Assembly: GCA_951406725.2 (NCBI GenBank)
Contig: OX597824.1
Location: 74,090,001-74,154,000 of the forward strand
Reading direction: 5' to 3'
Length of the DNA: 64,000 nt
From: Octopus vulgaris
Lineage: Eukaryota
The translations under genes were made by a program, and so were the position numbers. A model generated the notes under the pieces. The model saw only the letters and a program-made list of their open reading frames with translations. It made no database searches and was not told the origin of the DNA. Shown here one piece after another: positions 56,676 to 64,000 of the stretch. The first letter of the stretch is position 1; every line of letters begins with the position of its first letter.

Positions 56676-57457
56676 TTACTATAGTCCAAATTCTGCCAAG
56701 GTTGACTTTGCCTTTCATCCTTTTGGGGTCAATAAAAAGAGTACTAGTCAAACACTGGGGTCAACATAATCGACTTTCCCCCTACCCTGAACTTGATGTC
56801 CTTGTGCCAAAATTTGAAATTATTATTATTATTATTGAGTGAGAGAGCAGTGCATGCCAAAGTGACACTGGGGTACAAATATACAAAGCCCAACACACCC
56901 ATCATGACTACCTGTCTGATCACATGCACCCCAGATCACATGCATCACAACCACATGTGCATGGCACGGTGATCTCTTATCGAGGTAAACAGCACATGAT
57001 CTTGCAGGTGAGGCCTAGTTACAATTTTCTTCAGGTAGAGTAGCCATCCCACTCGAAAGGTCCCTAGATAAGGTATGTTTCCAGAAGTGTTTCCGGAGGT
57101 ATGTTTCCAGTGGTGAATTATTCAAGCATCAAAGAATTCCTCTCAAAACATGGCTATGATGCTCCCCCATTACTTCTGCTCATGATCAGAGATGCATATA
57201 TTGTCAACCATCAAATGACATGCTCAACTGGTTATGTGGCTTGGTGGTTAGGGTGTTCGATTCGCGATTATAAAGTAATGAGTTCGATTCCTGGTGGTGC
57301 ATTGTATCCTTGAGTAAGACACTTCATTTCACATTTCTCCAGTCCACTCACCAGGCAATAACGAGTCATACCCATAATTCAAAGGGCCAGCTTTGTGACA
57401 TTCTGTCATGCTGAATCTTGCTGAGAACTACCTTAATGGAACATGTGTCTGTGGAGC

Positions 57458-57934
57458 TTGAAGTCTCTACTTAGAGACTACAAACTTGAAATCTTCAAAG
57501 CCACAGTTGAACCAATTCTACTATATGGCTCAGAAACCTGAACGTTATCAAAGAAGCTTGAGAGGCAGTTGGATGGAACCTACACTCGCCTCCTTATGAG
57601 AGCTCAAAATCTCTCGTGGAAGCGTCATCAAACCAAAATGCAAATATATGGGAAACTACCACCTATGTCATCTCTTGTGAAAGGTAGGAGAGTCCAGTTT
57701 GCTGGACATTGTTGTAGAGCTGAAAACGAGGCAATTTCTACTCTTCTCCTCTGGAAGCCATCTACTCACAATACCAGAGGGTGCACACTCTCCTACCCTG
57801 ATGTAATCTCCAGGGATACAGGCATCCAGCAACAGGACCTCCGTAATGCTATGATGGACCGTGAAGTCTGGCGTAGCATGGTAAATTCCATTGTCTCAAC
57901 CACAGTCGAACAATGATGATGATGATGATGATGA
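57458..57934 (+). mobile_element. 5'-truncated RTE-clade LINE
   Basis: KATVEPILLYGSET..LSKKLERQLDGTYTRLLMRA...FAGHC...DREVWRSMV; (TGA)n tail; 12-bp TSD TGTCTGTGGAGC; inserted in a SINE. Confidence 0.95.
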
Positions 57935-58092
57935 TGTCTGTGGAGCACACAGCCACTTACACATGAATTCATGAGCAGGCTGCTCTGTTGATTAGATCTC
58001 CTGGGACCCTCATCATCATAACTAACAGAGTGCCAGTTAAAATGCACAAAAAACATAAATTGAATTCTTAATAAACAATTTGAAATACTTAC

Positions 58093-58215
58093 TAGTGCAA
58101 GTGTAACCGTTGGGGTCTAGCTTAAAACCTTTTCTGCATTTGCATTTATATCCTGTGTGATGTGGGACACAAGTATGCTGACAGAAGTTGAAGGAACGAT
58201 GACATTTTATTTTGT
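58093..58215 (-). CDS. EGF-like exon of the same gene
   Basis: 123 bp, atttcag acceptor and gtaagt donor, phase 1-1; KIKCHRSFNFCQHTCVPHHTGYKCKCRKGFKLDPNGYTCT, six-Cys EGF; joins the 62476 exon in frame. Confidence 0.88.
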
Positions 58216-58455
58216 CTGAAATAAATACATATATTTTCAATATGATGAAAGTAAATGAAGGTGATGAACTGGCTGAATGGTTGAACCTTTAGCACACCAG
58301 TCACATGTCTGCACACAGAAATATAAACATAAAGAGAAAGTGAAAGTGAAAGAGAAATAAAGAGAAAGTCAGTGCAGTTTGACAATTGAACACAACTGAC
58401 ATAAATGTGCTTCTTTTCCTCAGACGCATAAAGAGAAATACGCTCACACACATGA

Positions 58456-59067
58456 AGAGAGAGGGGGGGAACAGAGACAGAGACAGACAGACAGATAGAA
58501 AGAGAGAGAGAGAGAGGGAGATAGAGATAGACAGGCAGATAGAAAGAGAGAGAGAGGGAGACAGAGACAGACAGGCAGATAGAAAGAGAGAGAGAGAAAA
58601 GAGGGAGACAGAGACAGATAGGCAGATAGAAAGAGAGAGAGAGAGAAAAAGAGGGAGACAGAGACAGACAGGCAGATAGGAAGAGAGAGAGAAAAAGAAG
58701 GAGACAGAGACAGACAGGCAGGCAGATAGAAAGAGAGAGAGAGAGAGGGGGGGAGACAGAGACAGACAGACAGAAAGAGAGAGAGAGGGGGAGACAGAGA
58801 CAGAGACAGACAGGCAGATAGAAAGAGAGAGAGAGAAAGAGAAAGACAGAGACAGACAGACAGATTAGAGAGAGAGAGAGAGAGGGAGACAGAGACAGGC
58901 AGATAAAAAGAGAGAGAGAAAGGGAGACAGAGACAGACAGGCAGGTAGAAAGAGAGAGAGAGAGAAAGAGGGAGACAGAGACAGACAGACAGATAGAGAG
59001 AGAGAGGGAGACAGAGACTGACAGACAGACCGACAGACAGACAGATAGAAAGAGAGAAAGAGAGAGA
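58456..59067 (+). repeat. Purine-rich minisatellite, unit ~ gggagacagagacagacaggcagatagaa(ag)n
   Basis: Direct; about a dozen units of ~45-50 bp. Confidence 0.95.
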
Positions 59068-59393
59068 ATGAGGGGAACATTTTTTGAGCTGACCACCTCC
59101 TCTGAACTGTCCTACCCATTCATGCATGGAAGATGGATGTTAAATGATGATGATGATGAGTATTGGAAATTTGATTAGATTTTGATGCGATATAAAACTT
59201 AAATTACTTACGAACACAAGAAAATTCATCATGAGACAGTTCATAGCCTTCCCTACAAGAGCAAACTGGACCAGTTTTGAGGTCTGTGCAATTGTGTTCA
59301 CACTGGGGATACATGTTCTTACAGTTGGTTTTACCTGTATTGTACAGAAGTAAAAATCATTTCACTCTATGATAATATCACCACTATTATATA

Positions 59394-59993
59394 TATATTT
59401 CTTTCCTACCCACAAGGGGCTAAACACAGAGGGGACAAACAAGGACAGACAAACGGATGATTAAGTCGATTACATCAACCCCAGTGCGTAACTGGTACTT
59501 AATTTATCGACCCTGAAAGGATGAAAGGCAAAGTCGACCTCGGCGGAATTTGAACTCAGAACGTAGCGGCAGATGAAATACCTATTTCTTTACTACCACA
59601 AGGGGCTAAACACAGAGGGGACAAACAAGGACAGACAAACAGATTAAGTCGATTACATCAACCCCAGTGAACTGGTACTTAATTTATCGACCCCGAAAGG
59701 ATGAAAGGTAAAGTCAACCTCAGCAGAATTTGAACTCAGAACGTAACGGCAGATGAAATACCTATTTCTTTACTACCCACAAGGGACTAAACACAGAGGG
59801 GACAAACAAGGACAGACAAACAGATTAAGTCGATTACATCAACCCCGGTGAACTGGTACTTAATTTATCGACCCCGAAAGGATGAAAGGTAAAGTCAACC
59901 TCGGCAGAATTTGAACTCAGAACGTGACGGCAGACGAGATACGGCTACGCATTTCGCCCGTCGTTCTAACATTTCTGCCAGCTCACCGCCATG
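59394..59993 (-). mobile_element. Family B SINE, trimer
   Basis: Three units, one head, 16-bp TSD TCACCACTATTATATA. Confidence 0.9.
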
Positions 59994-60025
59994 TCACCAC
60001 TATTATATACACTCACTAAGACACT

Positions 60026-61015
60026 TGTAAGAATGACTGTGCAAAAGGAGAAGTGACAAATGAATGACTCCTTTAATACACTGCATGGTTGCTTACAATA
60101 AAAGCAAAAAGGCTAAATGAGTACGAGTGCCAGAAGGAAAAGAAAGGCACAACTTATAGAAGGTTTAAGAGGAGATTTTATTTAGGTGTTAACATGTGCG
60201 TCTGTGTGTTCATCATATGTACATATATAATAACAATGGACAGACTGTCATGCATACATAATGTGTATGCGTGTGCAAACAAGGGTGTATGCGTGTGAGC
60301 TAAAATACAGAGCATTGAAAGAGTTTATAACAGGACGCTGGAAGAATGTTCACACACAATGAAGATAAATACCAGTTCATAGTAAGGTACACAATAGTTG
60401 AAGTGCTGTAACAAGAAGTTGTGGTGAAGAAGCAGAGCTGGTTGAAGCACATGTCGTGTAAGAAGTTGTGGCTACAGGAAGATCTCGCAAGTTGTATTTG
60501 CTGTTAACCATGGTGAAGTAATTCACAAACAGGAGAAGTTGAACCTGAGTGAATGTTGTTGTTGCTGTGTATGTAAAAAGATGTTATTGACATTAAGACG
60601 GAGGCGACAGAGATGGAGGTCCTGAATGCTGCTGGATAAAGTTGAGTCTCCATGTGGGCTGCTGTTGTCTGTTGTCACTGGAACTGGCTTTGTGCTCTGT
60701 GGTCACTGGTTAGACCTTAGAAGGTCTAGAACCAAAAGATGAAATACGGTGTTGAACTAGCTTTTTATAGGGACCAGTCGGATCAAATGGAGATTTAGAA
60801 AAGACTGTGTCATGGGACCTTATCAGAAAGCTGAGATTGGTTGCGTTGCACATTGGCGTATAATAGAGAAAGAAACAAACTGCGCCAATACCAACCAATC
60901 GGAGTAGTAGGCACAACAGGGTCCAAGCGACTGAAGGCTAGCTGTTATCTGCTACATCCGTACTTATGTATATATAACAGAGAGAGAGAGAAAATGTCAC
61001 TAAGTGTACACTACA
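60026..61015 (-). mobile_element. Solo LTR (probably Gypsy-type)
   Basis: TGTA...TACA termini, 4-bp TSD CACT (60022-25, 61016-19); on the minus strand CCAAT/ATTGG cluster (~60835-60900), TATAAAAAG (60769-60761), AATAAA (60182-60177) in LTR order. Confidence 0.75.
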
Positions 61016-61350
61016 CACTCATACCATGTCAGACACATCAGTTCTGTTTATACATACTGTATATACTTGCATATAAGTTGCACTCCTATTGCTTTTATAA
61101 ACACCCAGGGACAGTTAAACTATTTCAGGCATGACAGTCTAACAACACATACTATATGTACTCGTATATAAATTGCACCCTCATTACAATCATATACACC
61201 CAGAGATGGTCATACTATTTCACATAGACTAGTTCTGATTACATGTACCATTTATACTTGCATATAACTTGTACCTTCATCACAAATATATACTCACAGA
61301 GACAGTTATACCATTTCAGACATGTCAATTCTGACCACATATACTATATA

Positions 61351-61520
61351 AGGAGCAAGAGTGGCTGTGTGGTAAGTAGCTTGCTTACCAACCACATGGT
61401 TCCGGGTTCAGTCCCATTGTGTGGTACCATTGGCAAGTATCTTCTACTGTAGCCTCGGGCTGATCAAAGCCTTGTGAGTCGATTTGGTAGACGGAAACTG
61501 AAAGAAGCCCATTGTGTATG

Positions 61521-61556
<36 letters not shown>

Positions 61557-61770
61557 TGTATATATATATATTTGTGTGTCTGTGTTTGTTCTCCCAACAT
61601 CGCTTGACAACTGATGCTGGTGTGTTTACGTTCCTGTCACTTAGTGGTTCTGCAAGAGAGACCGATAGAATAATTACTAGGCTTACAAAGAATTAGTCCT
61701 GGGGTCGATTTGTTCGACTAAAAGTGGTGTTCCAGCATGGCTGCAGTCAAATGACTGTAACAAATAAAAA
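61351..61770 (+). mobile_element. Family A SINE; many further partial copies (e.g. 5330-6105, 10775-11630, 44872-45037, 47030-47385)
   Basis: Match to the family A consensus seen in this window. Confidence 0.85.
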
Positions 61771-61818
61771 AAAAGGAAAGACTTGCATATAAGTTGCACT
61801 CCCATTATGCACATGCAC

Positions 61819-61878
<60 letters not shown>

Positions 61879-61880
<2 letters not shown>

Positions 61881-62070
61881 TCCATATGGGTCAAATATAC
61901 AAAAACCAAAAGATTGAGACAGGTGAGAGAGCAACAAACAAGATGTATTAGTCTGGCTCAGGGAAAATAGAAAAGCCTTTGATGTTTCGAGCCTATGCTC
62001 TTCAACAGAGAAGAATGAGGAAAGGAAACACAGAGAAAAAATTGGAGAGAGGCAAAAAAAAAAAAACGTA
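61879..62070 (-). mobile_element. Penelope-like remnant with degenerate hammerhead core
   Basis: Minus strand CTGTTGA-A-GAGC-atag-GCTC-GAAACATC at 62008-61981. Confidence 0.5.
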
Positions 62071-62289
62071 TTTGGGTTAGCAGTTTCACATGCCAAAATG
62101 ACAAGAAGGAAGAAGTTGAATGGAAGGGGAGATAACAGTGACCTGGCTATACACTCCCCAAGAAGATGATAGTGTTTCACACATACTAGCTTGAACCACA
62201 GATAGAGTTCTTCTCAAAAGGCATGCAATAAAACTCTTGGAAGTAAACTAGGAGTACAGCATAGGGTGGCTGGATCAATACTCTGTACA

Positions 62290-62395
62290 ACATAGAATGG
62301 TTAAAATTGAATAAATAAATAAAATGTCATTATTGCTTTTACAGGTGTGTTTATTTTCTTCCAGGTAAAACTCCTGATGACAAGAACAGCAATAA
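62290..62395 (-). pseudogene. Decayed partial duplicate of the cbEGF exon
   Basis: YCCSCHQEFYLEENKHTCK aligns with YHCSCKKGFYLEKDNHTCI; donor reads GC instead of GT; downstream intron (agaatggttaaaa-tgaataaataa) also duplicated; 5' half and acceptor missing. Confidence 0.75.
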
Positions 62396-62475
62396 AAGAG
62401 CATGGCAAAGGATGGACAGTTTGATGTTCTGTATATCACAGAATGGTTAAAAATGAATAAATAAGTCATAATTAC

Positions 62476-62598
62476 TTATACAGGTGTGGTTATCTTTTTC
62501 CAGGTAAAACCCCTTTTTGCAAGAACAGTGATAACTTCCTATGGTGTTCATACAGGTCTGTTGACAGATTGCTGGTTTCTTCAAACATTCATTTACGT
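62476..62598 (-). CDS. Calcium-binding EGF-like exon of an EGF-repeat extracellular/membrane protein
   Basis: 123 bp, ttttccggacag acceptor and gtaatt donor, phase 1-1; encodes (D/N)VNECLKKPAICQQTCMNTIGSYHCSCKKGFYLEKDNHTCI, six Cys with cbEGF consensus DxNEC...CxNTxGSYxC. Confidence 0.9.
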
Positions 62599-62775
62599 CT
62601 GTCCGGAAAAACGAAAATATTTGAGAGTGGGATTTCATAGATTTTATTAAATTAATACAATGGTGCAATGAAACATTATAGCACCTTATGAATGGAAGGG
62701 GGAGATAATAGTGACCAGGCTATACATACCCAGAGACAATGATACTGTTTCACACATACCAACTTTACAGTATTA

Positions 62776-63085
62776 CTAGCAGTATCGCCCGGCGTTGTTC
62801 GGGTTTGTTTCAACCCTTTAGAATTGGAATTTTTGAAGAGTAAAAATTTTGCATTATGCAGCTTGTTATTCTCTTTAAGGGAACATTTTTCTAAAACATA
62901 CGCTGAAAAATGGCGACAGACCAGTGAAAATATCGTAAAAAATGGGGATTTTCATAGAAAAAAAGCACCTTTTTGATGTAAATAATTTTTGGTCAACTTG
63001 CACAGCAGGGTCTCGGAGGAGATAGTGTTAGTTGAAGGCTACCAAACATGCCACACACAGACAACTTCAGCTTTATATATATATA
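62776..63085 (-). mobile_element. Non-autonomous Helitron, same family, internal deletion
   Basis: Minus strand ends cccgaacaacgccgggcgatactgCTAG|T; 5' end tatatataaagctgaagttgtctgtg. Confidence 0.8.
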
Positions 63086-64000
63086 AATTTAGGAATATAG
63101 AAAAGGTGAATATAAACAGATTTTGTATGTTTTCAAATGGATAAACTGGCTCTTCTACGTTGTAGTAGTTGCTTCAGTATATAGACGTGGCTGTGTAGTA
63201 ATAAGCTTGTTTCCCAATCACTTGGGCAGGTATCTTTCACTACACTATAGCCCTCAGACTGACCAAATCCTTGAGAGTGGATTTGGTTGATGGAAACTCA
63301 AAGAAGTCTGTTGTAAATATATATATGTATGTGCATGTTTGTGTGTGTGTGTGTGTGTGTTACTGTCTCCTTTCTTTGACATTATATGATAGTTGTAAAT
63401 GAGTGCCACTGTCATGCAAATGGTGTCCTTTCATTTCCAATCATCCAGAACATGTCTAGTTGTGGGGAAATATCACCTTACTTGAAACAGGTGAAGGTTG
63501 GTGACAGGAAAGGCATGCAGCTGGAGAAAATCTGCCTTGACAAATTCCATACAACCCATGCAAGTATGGAAAATTGGACATTGAAACAATGATGATAATG
63601 GTAAGATATATATATATATATATCATCATCACCATCATTATTTAACATCTGCGCTTTCCATGCTAGCATGGGTTGGACGATTTGACTGAGAACTGGTGAA
63701 CCAGATGGCTGCACCAGGCTCCAATCTGATCTGGCAGAGTTTCTACAGCTGGATGCCCTTCCTAATACCAACCACTCTGAGAGTGTAGTGGGTGCTTTTA
63801 TGTGCCACTGGCATGAGGGCTAGTCAGGCGGTACTAGCAACGGCCACACTCAAATGGTGTTTTTTACGTGCCACCTGCACAGGAGCCAGTCCAGCGGCAC
63901 TGGCAACAATATATATATATATATATATATATGTTGTGCAAGATTGAATTGGCTAAACTGGCAAAATGACCATTCTGAAATATAACAATATATATATATA

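Noticed and set aside
58146-59127. Long Leu/Ser-rich ORFs
   Set aside because: Antisense reading of the purine-rich minisatellite
60710-60916. 68-aa ORF with hydrophobic N-terminus
   Set aside because: Lies within the promoter region of the solo LTR; no ATG start or splice support

Overview
AT-rich, microsatellite-dense animal genomic DNA; the SINE/LINE families point to a coleoid cephalopod, most likely Octopus (inference). Most track ORFs are simple-repeat or SINE artefacts. Real coding signal is limited to (i) two, possibly three, phase-1 exons of a minus-strand EGF-repeat extracellular protein gene (62598-62476, 58215-58093, candidate 55252-55148), with traces of a decayed exon duplicate, and (ii) an intron-free ~0.9 kb CHD1 pseudogene fragment with an in-frame stop and a TSD-flanked microsatellite insertion. 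The rest is nested transposons: CORE-type and Meta-type tRNA SINEs (the latter as dimers/trimers), RTE, CR1 and Dong/R4 LINE 3' ends, mariner, maT (DD37D), hAT/Buster, a piggyBac-type MITE, Helitrons (one with an unexpected 22-bp flanking duplication), a solo LTR with a 4-bp TSD, and Penelope-type remnants carrying minimal hammerhead-ribozyme cores. 23408-32954 is repeated at 33055-43738 across a 100-N gap, most likely two uncollapsed haplotypes. I found no convincing wholly new multi-gene system; the best leads are listed as findings.
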